Source of the DNA: Pocillopora damicornis
Taxonomy: Eukaryota
NCBI RefSeq assembly: GCF_003704095.1
Contig: NW_020846460.1
Span: 1 to 64,000 of the forward strand
Length of the DNA stretch: 64,000 nucleotides
Reading direction: 5' to 3'
Each line of letters opens with the position of its first letter. Positions within the stretch are counted from its first letter, which is position 1. Below are positions 53,365-64,000 of the stretch, piece by piece. Both the position numbers and the translations under genes were made by a program. The notes beneath the pieces are model-generated. The model saw only the letters and a program-made list of their open reading frames with translations. It was not told the origin of the DNA and searched no databases.

Positions 53365-55638
53365 TCAACAGCTGTCTCCCGTGTAGATGATAAATTTTAC
53401 TTTATTTTGACTGACTTTGGTGTCTTTTCCTTTCCGGATTTTTCCATTGCGTCCAAGGGATATGAATGTGTCGTATAGTGATTTTTTGTAGTACTTCGCA
53501 GACGCAAATGTATGATATGATGTGCTCTCCATTGTTAGCTTAAACACTGTTTCATCATTGGTTGAATTCTGTTAAACAGAAAAATGTCGAATTAGAACAC
53601 AAAACTTTACATATTATCACGTCACGTAAAGTAACATAATGTTACTCCATAGCAAGTCACTTCACCTTTCTTACACCACGACATATCACATAACGCCATG
53701 ATCACTCGGCATCCCACAAAAACAGCTTACAGTCCGTTATAATTTATTGTACATTTTATTTGCGTGTCAAATATTGTTTTATCAAAATTTTTAAATCTCT
53801 TCCTTTGAGATTTTTTCCCTTTGAGATATCACGGTAAGAAAAGGTAATGAAAAAATGTGGCATCATCGATTTTGTGATCATTGCCTTATGAATTTCGTGA
53901 AAAAGTGCCCTTACCCCTTCCCTCGTGGGAGATTGGTGGAAAGTCTTGTTCTGAAAGGGACTTTATCAAAATAAAAAATTTTTTTTTAAAGCTTAAGGTC
54001 TTTTGATAATCTCACTCAATTTTATTTCGAAAAATCTCGAACGAATGTGCCTGATAACATAGTCCGTTATAAGTTGAACCCCCTTACTTACCGTTGAATA
54101 AACAATACCCCCACTGTTCATTGCAACGTAACGACCGGTTTCGATTCCTTTAATACGCTGAAATCCACTTCCCATTGGCTCAAGCTCAAGATTGGCTTAA
54201 AAATGAAAGATTGTAAAAATTAAATAACGGCCAGGGAGCAAAGAACAAATACTTGACATGAGAGTGTTTGCATGTTGTACGCTGGGAAATTCTTCACTCC
54301 TAAATGTACGTTTTAGAAATGCCATTAAACATTGAACAAAATTTGGTATTAGAAACAAATGAACTGAAGAAAAATCACTTTTTAACAGTTACTTTTAGAT
54401 TGGTTGCGTTTTTCTCTATTTTTAATTTCTTTGCAAACAAAAGTACAATCGCTTTTCTAAACCTTGAAAAATTTGAACGAAGTCTTTAAATTTTTCCTTT
54501 TATTTAATTTCTAAAGCCATCACTCACAGTACAAGTATAATTCCCAGAAAACCAGAAAATTAAGTTTCGAATAGTATTGTGTAAATAAATGGGCATGAGA
54601 ATGTAGATGAGTGAGCGTTAGGAAAAACAGATTCATAATTAAGCCACGGTTATGAAAACAACTCGAAGATGTTGCGTGTCTTACCATATTTACTTGAACA
54701 AAACGCGGTACCATTCACTACGCCATCGTCACTGATTTGCAGAAATTTCTGCGTTTTCCAGAACAAACGAACAGCCATCGGAATGGAAGGGATATTCGCC
54801 GCAATAGTTCTTATATCTGGATTGATTTTAAGAAGAGAATCTCGTCGCTGTCGGGACAAGGGAACTTGGTTAAGACTCCATGTTCCCTTTTTGTTAACTG
54901 ATGATGATGACTGTCCAGTTGGCTTTATGACTGCCGAACGACAGAGGTTTAAAATGAAGACTACCAGAAGAATTGTATACTGCAAGGAGAAAACATAAAT
55001 GGTGAATAAATAAGTTAATAATTATTATTAAGTAATTAATGACAGAAGCTTTCGAGTGGTCAGGGAGTAATAAGATTAGTGAAAAAATGGACGTCATTAG
55101 TTATGAATGAGATTCTGAGCTAAATAATTTAGCAAGGAAGGAACGAGACAAAAGAATGAAAATAAGGGAAGAAAAAATTATTTACTTATAAAACTTAAAA
55201 TTCAAACTATATGCGGATTTCTTTACGTACTGCATTCAGGAACTGAGTCAGTCTGTTACCCAGTTAGTCATTCACTAAGATAGCCAGGTGTATACGAACA
55301 GAGGACAAAAAAAACTGACGCAGGCAATCGGTTAGGGTTTGATAATTCATTTACATGCTAACTAAGTTTTTTGCCGTCAGTTACTACAACTGTTACTTTG
55401 AAACTAAAGTCATTTGTATAACTGATCTTTAAATGAATTCAATCGCAATTTTTCTTCATTTGATAAACTTCAGAGTGTGAGAAGTAAATCGTTTGTTTTC
55501 GGTTCTAGAACAAACAAACTCTCTAACATGACTGCGGGTCAAAATTAAAAAAAAAATGCAAAAAGTATTATCGAAGACTTACTTAAGAACGTTTGCAGCT
55601 AAAGTCGGTATAAGACTTACCAAAGATGTCCTGATCAT
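53365..55638 (-). CDS. Fibroblast growth factor (FGF-C), secreted, 206 aa
   Basis: Exons 55638-55621, 54979-54685, 54195-54092 (104 nt) and 53568-53365. Signal peptide MIRTSLYTILLVVFILNLCRSA, then an RQRR site. Core: RLFWKTQKFLQISDDGVVNGT, IKGIETGRYVAMNSGGIVYS, YHTFASAKY..FISLGRNGKIRKG. Confidence 0.93.
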
Positions 55639-55734
55639 TATGAAAAGAGAGTGGTTAATTCAATTCAGTTAAGAAGCTTGTATTTTTTTTTCTTCACTGT
55701 TTGCTGTTCGATACACTGCACCAAACTGCAGGCC

Positions 55735-55742
55735 TTTTTATA
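55735..55742 (-). promoter_or_regulatory. TATA box of FGF-C
   Basis: TATAAAAA on the - strand ~100 nt upstream of the ATG. Confidence 0.6.
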
Positions 55743-58029
55743 CTCACCTACCCTTACACATTTCTCGCAGCCAGCCATTTTTGGCGTGGATGTTGTCACC
55801 CACAAAAAATTTGAGGGGGTGTAGTGATTTAATTTAAGTCGGATAACCGAGTTCGCTCAATCAGAAAATTTTGCATTAAAATAAAGTTGGCAGTGGACCA
55901 TGTAATTTATTAAGGTATCAAACTCGAATATAACTAACTCGACCAAGTTTACTTTGCTTGAATTCAGTTCTCTGATTAAGCAAAATTAACAAAGGCCTGA
56001 AGGCATCTTGTTTGAAAGCTTAGAAAACGATCCATTTTTCTTTCGCATTTGCGGACTCGTGACAATTTCGTGACTTTCAATTAACACATTGATTTATATT
56101 AGTAGCAGGAAAAATTTTTTAAAAATAGCATTTTACGTTAGAGTTAAAGAATATCTTGACTATTACCTCCGGAAAAAGTCGCAAACAAGCCAGTGAAATT
56201 ATCCGTCAATATCCCTAAATGATTGCATAACACCCAAAGATTTAGAAGCACAAATTAAATTTGTGATCGTGATGTTATGATAAAATTAAACTCGTACAAA
56301 AATTTAACACCTGCCAAGAAAACTATTTTCGCACTAAGAAGAGGTGGACTGAAATAGAGTTTAAATATTGAAATAGCTGTTAATTTTTTTTTTCATCAAG
56401 AGGAAGTAACTCCATATTTTTAGCCGGGAAGAGAAAACACGACTTCTATGGAAACTGAAGCCAGTCTTTGCAATTTCGAAAGTGCACCGGAAGTGGCTAA
56501 CCACAATCAATACAGAGGTAGAACTCTTCAGGTAACTTCCGCTTCCGGTCACGTCCTCACCCACCTGTTTTCAACGAGCAGATGGGGAAAATTCTTTTAT
56601 CGTTAATTCTATGTTTGCTTAAAAAGAATGAATACCCTTATGCCGTCAGTTTCATTTTTTAACAAAACCAGCTTAGATGAGTCAGCATATTAGCGGTGAA
56701 CCGACAAAATATTCCGCAGCAGACAGGTGCAAATGGAACGGACATAAATTCACTTATGTAAGTATCACGTTGCTTCCGTGTGATTCAGGTAGCGGAAGGG
56801 ATCAATATTTGCCACTACGTATCAAACAGTAGCTTTTTTGCAAATGGATTCTTCTTAGAAGTAAATTATTTACTGGTGGCGTTTGATATTGATTTGACGT
56901 GGGAAAAAACCGCACATCATATATTGATGATTTTTTGTTTTTTCTCGAAGTATCTTGCAAAGAAGTACAGCTATAAAAAAGACCAATTTGAACAACTAAC
57001 GGGATCGTGGCTTCTCTCAATGACTGAACCAACGGGATCCTGCGGGATGATAATTACATACGTCATAAAATTTCGTCAATAAAATTGAGTGCCTGCTTCC
57101 TGTCCTTTTTCTCATTATAGACCGTTTACCCTGTGGTGGCATTTTACCGTGGGACCAAACTTTGAGGTTTCCTTTGGTTTTTAAGTTGATATTAAGTGTT
57201 CCTGTACTACGTATGAATAAGCTGAAACTTTGGGTTAGGGTTAGGGTTTTATTAATAACTTGATCATATAAAAAAAGTTAGAAAATATTTGTTTTATCAT
57301 TATCGTCGTAATATTTTACTAAAAAGCTGCTCCAGCAGGAGTTTCAGAATTTCTCTCCATGTAGACTGTCGATGGTGTGATAGACGGCTGTGCTGTAGGG
57401 GCAAAACCCAAACACCAAACACTAGAGCTTAGTCGGAGAGATCGTATTGGCAGCGACTGACCGCCGGTAATGACTTTTACCAAAACCCCTGCTTTAGATG
57501 TTTCAAAATCCTCACGCCAGTAGTATTTTTTTGTTTTTCGAAAATAAATTTTCTCTCGTTTATTTTATACCCAGCTACTCTTAAGCAATTTAGAGTTAAA
57601 AACCTATTTTTTCTAAAATTTATAAGAATGTAAAAAGAATTGTGTCAGCGGTTTTGCTCGCCTAACCCTTCAGTTGTTTTCATAACTTTCTAGCTATTTA
57701 TCTTTTTTAACCTTAAATTCTTCAATTTACATTTATAAAAAGGGCAAATCTAAGCATGCGCAACCCTTACGGTTGTTAATACGAATGGTAGGCGGCGTTG
57801 AAACCTTCGCCAGCGGTCTGCCTTACAGCAATGAGTACTCTATTACGACACTCCTTTGCATTTTTTTCTCAGTTATCATGATTGCAGCAAAAAAAAAAAA
57901 TGAAATCACATTGAAATAAACTTTCAAGATCAACAAAGTGTTTTGGTTTCGTTAAATATGATATCAAACTACTACTCAGTACATTTCATTCCATGTCAAG
58001 AGCACACTGCTTAAAGAAAAAATGATTTA

Positions 58030-58240
58030 CCTAGCCCTTTACACACTAACAACACTATGAGTATTCTCCAAACTACTTTATAAACATTCCTAGGGAAATA
58101 ACAATGAGAATTTGTCTTGCAATCAGGCGCTTTCTTAATTGGTGATCATTTCCCTTATTGTCGTGACCTGATTGTTTGGTTCAGGGCGATATTATAAGGA
58201 GAAATTCGATGCTAATCACTCTCGGAGGTTAAAGGGTCAA
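58030..58240. mobile_element. Degenerate piggyBac-type MITE
   Basis: ctagccctttacacactaac ... ggaggttaaagggtcaa. Confidence 0.65.
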
Positions 58241-59176
58241 ACACGTCGTTGTCATTCTTAATTTTTTCAGCCATGAAGAATATCAAAAGGTAACATTTTC
58301 CTTGAGCTTTTACAAACTATTCACTCTGCAAGCACAACAACAGAATGTTGGCCGCTTTTCTATCCAAAATACCTTCTTAATCCATTTTTTTTTCTGAATT
58401 CTTTTTAATGTTTTATGTTTGCTTGGCTTATTTATTTTCTGTTTCCAGACTGTTGCTCTGTTACGTAGTGTACCTGATCCACCCCCTCCTTCGGTTCAAA
58501 ATTCCCATTTGTGATATAAACTGAGGGCTGTTTTGCAAGGATTTTCAGCCCTGAGAGGAAGTGTATAGTTACCATAATTTTCACGTGCGTTTGACTTTGC
58601 CAATCAACCGCTAAACGTTACTCGCCTTTCGCGCCACTCTGTCGGGTTCATTCATTAATAAAGTTAACTTTTTTCCATGTCAGCAAAGGCTTATGACATT
58701 TCTTTAATAAACAAAATATTACATGGCTACTTGTAGATATGGTATTATCTACTCATGTTCAATTCAATGACTCACTCTTTCCTTATGCTCACTCGTGAGA
58801 TATGGAGTTCAACGGTCGAAGAAAAACTCCATATCTACCGCGCCATGACTATTCCCTACATGAAAAACTGCATTAATAGAGAGTTTTTAATAAAATTATT
58901 CGCTAGTTAAGTATTGAAAATTACTTCTAAAAATAAAACTGCATGGCTCGATCAGTTCAGCCAAATAGTTAAATTATAAAGCTTTAATTACTTAAACCTT
59001 TTGCCATGTCTTTTAGCCTTTTTTGTCAAATTAGTCTGGAGCTTTTAAGTGACGACTTAATGCTCTTTGTAAGGAATTTTTAAACCATGTACTTTTACGA
59101 TCTTGAGGAAAATTTTCAAACTTACGAAAACAAAAGAAAATTCACGGTTCGCTGCCCAAGCGAACAGATAACATCC

Positions 59177-59305
59177 CACACAACACTCTTTATTGGTGTT
59201 TTGACGCGAGTTTAACTAACCTCGAACTTGAATTTTAACATCTCACGCAACACTCTTTATTGGTGTTTTAACGCTAGTTTAACTAACGTCGAACATGAAT
59301 TTTAA
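59177..59305 (+). repeat. 67-bp tandem duplication
   Basis: cac.caacactctttattggtgtttt.acgc.agtttaactaac.tcgaac.tgaattttaa at 59177 and 59244. Confidence 0.85.
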
Positions 59306-59402
59306 GCAGTCCAGAAATTACGAAGCGGTTAAGTGTAGGACCCACATATTTTTCGCAGTTTCAGTTCATTTCACCTGCACTTGTAACACCTCTAGGTGAG
59401 TT

Positions 59403-59502
59403 NNNNNNNNNNNNNNNNNNNNNNNNNNNNNNNNNNNNNNNNNNNNNNNNNNNNNNNNNNNNNNNNNNNNNNNNNNNNNNNNNNNNNNNNNNNNNNNNNN
59501 NN
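59403..59502. other. Assembly gap (100 N); other gaps at 61247-61335 (89 N) and 62948-63047 (100 N)
   Basis: N runs. Confidence 1.
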
Positions 59503-59574
59503 AAGAAATGTAAAATCCTAACCTCCCAAGTGTTACATCAGGCTATGTAAACATGGAAACCATTTGACATTTCT

Positions 59575-59950
59575 TCAATTATATATGTGCACTGCGGTGA
59601 AAAAACGAATATAAGCGATCCTCGCAGCTATGAACACTAATGCACTAGTAGTTGAAATAAGACCTGAAAAAAGAAAATTCAGGCCCGTACGGGATTTAAA
59701 CCCATGACCTCTGCGGTACCGGTACAGCGCTCTGGTCATTACGTTGGATCCAAATAAATCATCTAAGTGATAATTAACGATTGTAGATAAATGAAAATTA
59801 TAAATGTGTACTGGGGTCAAGAAACGAATATAAGCGATCCTCACAGCTATGAACGCTACTGAACTAGAAGTTGAAATAAGACCTGAAAGAAAAAAATCCA
59901 GGCCCGTACGGGATTTGAACCCATGACCTCTGCGATATCGGTGCAGACAT
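59575..59950 (-). mobile_element. Tandem degenerate units of the tRNA-derived repeat seen at 5136-5553
   Basis: gatcctcgcagcta..gacctgaaa..caggcccgtacgggattt.aacccatgacctctgcg occurs twice. Confidence 0.85.
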
Positions 59951-60094
59951 TTAATTGCCAAAAAATCTTGTTCAATTAATTCTGTAAAACAGCGATCACT
60001 TTCAAGCTACGTTAAAAGAAAAGTAGTGAGGAAAATGCCATAAATACAAGACATTTTTATTCTAAAGTTTCCGTTTGAATTTTCAAAAAGTTTG

Positions 60095-60170
60095 CGTCGT
60101 GACATATGGCGTGACTACTAAGTCCCGTGACTAGGGATGACGTCATACTTGCGTTCAGTAGTGTCACGGA
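60095..60170 (+). promoter_or_regulatory. CLEAR-like / CRE motif cluster upstream of alpha-mannosidase copy 1
   Basis: GTCCCGTGAC (60122), three further CGTGAC/GTCACG half-sites and palindromic ATGACGTCAT (60137) lie within 100 nt of the ATG. Confidence 0.5.
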
Positions 60171-60194
60171 AGGTTTGCAAACGGCGTAAACGAA

Positions 60195-61142
60195 ATGGCC
60201 GTGATGAGAACTTTTCTCTACTTTTTGGCATTTGTTTCACTTGGATCAGGCTTTGAATGTAAATTTAAAGATTCTGAAATGCCAGATTCAGATGAAGATA
60301 AACTGCAGGTCCATCTCGTTCCTCACACGCACGACGATGTTGGTTGGTTGAAAACGGTAGACGAGTATTATTACGGAGCTAATAATTCCATTCAACACGC
60401 TGGTGTTCAGTACATTTTGGACTCTGTCATTCCCCAGTTAACTGCAGATAGTTCCAAGCGATTTATCTACGTAGAAATCGCGTTTTTCGAGCGCTGGTGG
60501 AACGAACAAAATAAAGCTATGAAAAGGGAAGTCAAGAGACTTGTTGCAAACAAACAGTTGGAGTTTATAAACGCTGGTTGGTGTATGAACGACGAAGCAA
60601 CCACACATTACAATGCGATCATTGATCAAATGACTTATGGACTTAATTTCGTGCAGGAGAAATTTGGATCAGAAGCAAGACCCCGGATAGCTTGGCATAT
60701 TGATCCATTCGGTCACTCAAACGAACAAGCTTCAATCTTTGCTCAGATGTCATTTGATGGATTTTTTTTGGGCCGCATCGATTACGCCGACAAGGAACTT
60801 CGTCTGAAACAGCAGCGAATGGAGCTGGTTTGGAGAGGAAGCGCCAAAAACCTTGAAACGGACTCTGATATTTTTACAGGGGTGCTATATAACAATTATG
60901 CTGCACCCCCCGGATTTTGTTACGACCAATCGTGCAAAGATGCTCGGCCAGTACAAGACGACCCAAACCTCTTCGGCTTCAATGTCGATGAAACCGTGGA
61001 ACGATTTGTGCAAGAAACTTGTGCACAGGCATCACATTACAAAACAAATCACATCATTTTAACTATGGGGGAGGATTTCCAGTACGAAAACGCAAACACT
61101 TGGTACAAGAATTTGGATAAACTGATCAAATATGTAAAGCAG
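60195..61142 (+). CDS. MAN2B1: Lysosomal alpha-mannosidase (GH38) first exon, copy 1 (316 codons; rest not visible)
   Basis: Signal peptide, Zn-binding [11 protein letters not shown], nucleophile motif [13 protein letters not shown] and TMGEDFQY. Phase-0 donor CAG|GTAAGC at 61142/61143. Confidence 0.95.
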
Positions 61143-63418
61143 GTAAGCGGAAACATGATAAGCATTAGGTCTAATCATTGAGCTTACAATAGTATTTGAA
61201 CTTCCGGTAGCTTCCCTTACGTTCCATACCTAAGAAATCCTAAGAANNNNNNNNNNNNNNNNNNNNNNNNNNNNNNNNNNNNNNNNNNNNNNNNNNNNNN
61301 NNNNNNNNNNNNNNNNNNNNNNNNNNNNNNNNNNNATCCATCAAAACAGTCGCAAACCCCGTTCCATAATATGTCCTTTGCATGCCACAGGTGAATCAAC
61401 ATACCTTAATGTAAACGCATTATATAAAAGGTAGAACATGACAGAACATGTAAGTTCCGTAATTAACAACACCATTAACAACAACAACAACATCCATAAC
61501 AATAACAACCACGGCCATAGCTTCGTCTTCAATTTGATAGCAAAAATGTACAGCATTTCTACGTTTCTGAGTCACTGAAATGGTTACTTAATTTCTTTGA
61601 GATATTTATTTGGAATTTCATTTCGAAACTTCATATGAGGTGAAAAAGTATTTCTCTTGAAAATCTAGGTCGAAATTAAATGATTTTGATGACTCGCTTG
61701 GACGTGAAAATATTGTAATTCGTTGTAATTGAAAGACCTTTAAATTTTTAGAAAAATGAAGTGAAAATTTGTGCAAGAGACATGTACGCAGGCATCGCAT
61801 TTAATTCAACTACACCATATTAACTATGGCAGTAATTTTCAGTGCGATACCACAAACACTTGGTACAAAAATGTGAATAAACTGTACAGAGATGTAAACC
61901 AGATCAGCGAAGTAGGAATAATGCATAAGTATTGAATGTATCGCTATTTCACGTTCCCAAGACGCTGGGGGGTGGGGGTACCTCCCTACGCGGGTGGGTA
62001 GTACTCTCTGCAAATATGTCTCTCCGGCCTGTGAAGACGTTTTGTTTAGAAATCCTTGTTTCCCTATTCCATCTGAGTAGAGGCCTTATGTTACGAGAGG
62101 ATTAACAGTTATTTAGTTTATCTTGCTATCGCTGATGAAAATATAAAATGTACGTACTACCTGACTTTATTGGGCCAGCTCGGCGTGAACAGTTGTTGTT
62201 TTATCATAACTGTGATAAGCGTCAAACTGTAACCTTCACCTGTCCTCTTCCTTTGTTTGATCATTATCTACCTGCAATGTTTTGAAACTGATTACTGGTG
62301 TAAAAGCGAAATTTCTTCGTAGCCAATCGTTCTTAATGAAAAATGTATTATATTATTCATAACATTACCTAATCTTTAGCGTTGTAGTCCAGGCCTGAAT
62401 AGAACTGCTTTGAAAAGCTTTCTATGGACACACTAAGGTCTCGCCTGCACGTACCAGGACGTACATTAAACTCTACGTTGAGGCTAAGTTTTAGTGGAAA
62501 TTAATGTCTTAAAGATATTCAGCAGCCTTGATAGTCTGACTGTCGCGTAACCCGTGAGTGTTCTCTCAGGAAGAACCCTTCCGAGAGAAGTAATTTTATA
62601 GTTTTTCCCCTGTCCGTTCATTTGTATTTGAAGGTAAAACCTGTTTTCAAAGTTATTCCCCTTCCACCGACATAAATACTGAATGCTTATGGTGACTTAA
62701 GAAATTTTACCAGTTTTATCTTAAGTTTAAAGATTTGGGAGAAACGAAAGTTCCATAATCATAACAAAAAGGGTTTAGTGGTTTTTCTTAGTCCGTATCA
62801 TTGTAATAGTTATTTGATTTCCTTAAGAATTATATTTGCAATTTACTGTCACACCCACACTCATGGTTAGAAAAAAAAACAAACAAACAAACATGATCAT
62901 ATAAAAGGACCTCTTGTTGCAGCGTTTAGATCACCCCTGATGAAGGCNNNNNNNNNNNNNNNNNNNNNNNNNNNNNNNNNNNNNNNNNNNNNNNNNNNNN
63001 NNNNNNNNNNNNNNNNNNNNNNNNNNNNNNNNNNNNNNNNNNNNNNNTATCCCAGTAATTAGTTTTCGTGAAAATAACGCGCTCCGTCAGTTGAACCTTG
63101 AATGAATTAGGGCCGCAAAATTTCACTTGAGAGATCTTCTGTTGAAATAAAGACGTGTTGTATGAACTGTAGCAGGACACAAGGAGGAACGCGGCTGCTG
63201 GCTGCAGCATTGAATGTGATGCGTAATACGTAGTCTAGTCTATGAAAACCAAAGTCATGCGTGCACACTGGAAACTACTAGTTTCAGTCTTCCTCATCCT
63301 CTTAGACAATTTCACGGAAATATCTCGTGACTTGGTTTGTCGAACGTAAACTCTTGGTCAAACATTTACTTGGAGATTAGAGTTTTTTGGCTCCTGTATC
63401 TTCAAAAGAAAGAAGAGA

Positions 63419-64000
63419 ATGGTGATTTTCTTCTTCACTGTAAGTCTTTTTTGCCTTGGAGCAGCCTTCGAGTGTAAATCTGACCGTGCCCTGAACGACG
63501 ATGAGAAACTGCAAGTCCATCTCGTTCCCCACACGCACGATGACGTTGGCTGGCTGAAAACAGTGGACGAGTATTATTACGGAGCTAATAATTCTATTCA
63601 ACATGCTGGTGTTCAATACATTTTGGACTCTGTCATTCCCCAGTTAACTGCAGATAGTACCAAGCGATTTATCTACGTAGAAATCGCATTTTTTGAGCGC
63701 TGGTGGAACGAACAAAATGAAGCTATGAAAACGGAAGTCAAGAGGCTTGTTGCAAACAAACAGTTGGAGTTTATAAACGCTGGTTGGTGTATGAACGACG
63801 AAGCAGCCACACATTACAATGCGATCATTGATCAAATGACTTATGGACTTAATTTCGTGCAGGAGACATTTGGATCAGAAGCAAGACCCCGTATAGCTTG
63901 GCATATTGATCCATTCGGTCACTCAAACGAACAAGCTTCAATCTTTGCTCAAATGTCATTCGATGGATTTTTTTTCGGTCGGATCGATTACGCTGACAAG
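63419..64000 (+). CDS. MAN2B1: Lysosomal alpha-mannosidase (GH38) first exon, copy 2 (runs off the window)
   Basis: [48 protein letters not shown]...WHIDPFGH...GRIDYADK is open to the window end. Confidence 0.95.
   Translation, partial: MVIFFFTVSLFCLGAAFECKSDRALNDDEKLQVHLVPHTHDDVGWLKTVDEYYYGANNSIQHAGVQYILDSVIPQLTADSTKRFIYVEIAFFERWWNEQNEAMKTEVKRLVANKQLEFINAGWCMNDEAATHYNAIIDQMTYGLNFVQETFGSEARPRIAWHIDPFGHSNEQASIFAQMSFDGFFFGRIDYADK

Noticed and set aside
57232-57247. TTAGGG repeats as an interstitial telomere
   Set aside because: Only ~2 units, likely part of a small repeat element.
60438-60629. Duplicated - strand ORFs (also 63644-63835)
   Set aside because: They are antisense shadows of the two mannosidase exons.
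62930-62947. cccCTGATGAaggc as the start of another hammerhead
   Set aside because: It is truncated by the N gap, so the GAAAC/GUC half cannot be seen.

Overview
This is AT-rich eukaryotic genomic DNA with spliceosomal introns. It is most likely a scleractinian coral or another anthozoan, inferred from the repeat families and gene content. It contains three assembly gaps (59403-59502, 61247-61335, 62948-63047). Genes reconstructed by hand from splice sites: (1) a complete 25-exon calpain-7/PalB gene (+, 6998-23169, 806 aa) that requires one GC-AG intron; (2) a small secreted protein (+, 26369-29773, 98 aa) with the layout signal peptide / Kazal domain / acidic spacer / RR site / 15-aa cationic two-Cys peptide; (3) a cluster of three FGF genes (33237-36088 +, 40183-47715 -, 53365-55638 -), all with the 104-nt middle exon; (4) two tandem 5' exons of lysosomal alpha-mannosidase (GH38) at 60195-61142 and 63419->64000. 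Repeats include an inverted Penelope-like retroelement with hammerhead motifs, a solo intact minimal hammerhead, tRNA-derived SINEs and tandem units, piggyBac-type and other MITEs, a CR1/L2 LINE tail and a GPCR pseudogene fragment. The best candidates for something new are the Kazal-carried beta-hairpin peptide precursor and a possible variable-first-exon mannosidase locus.
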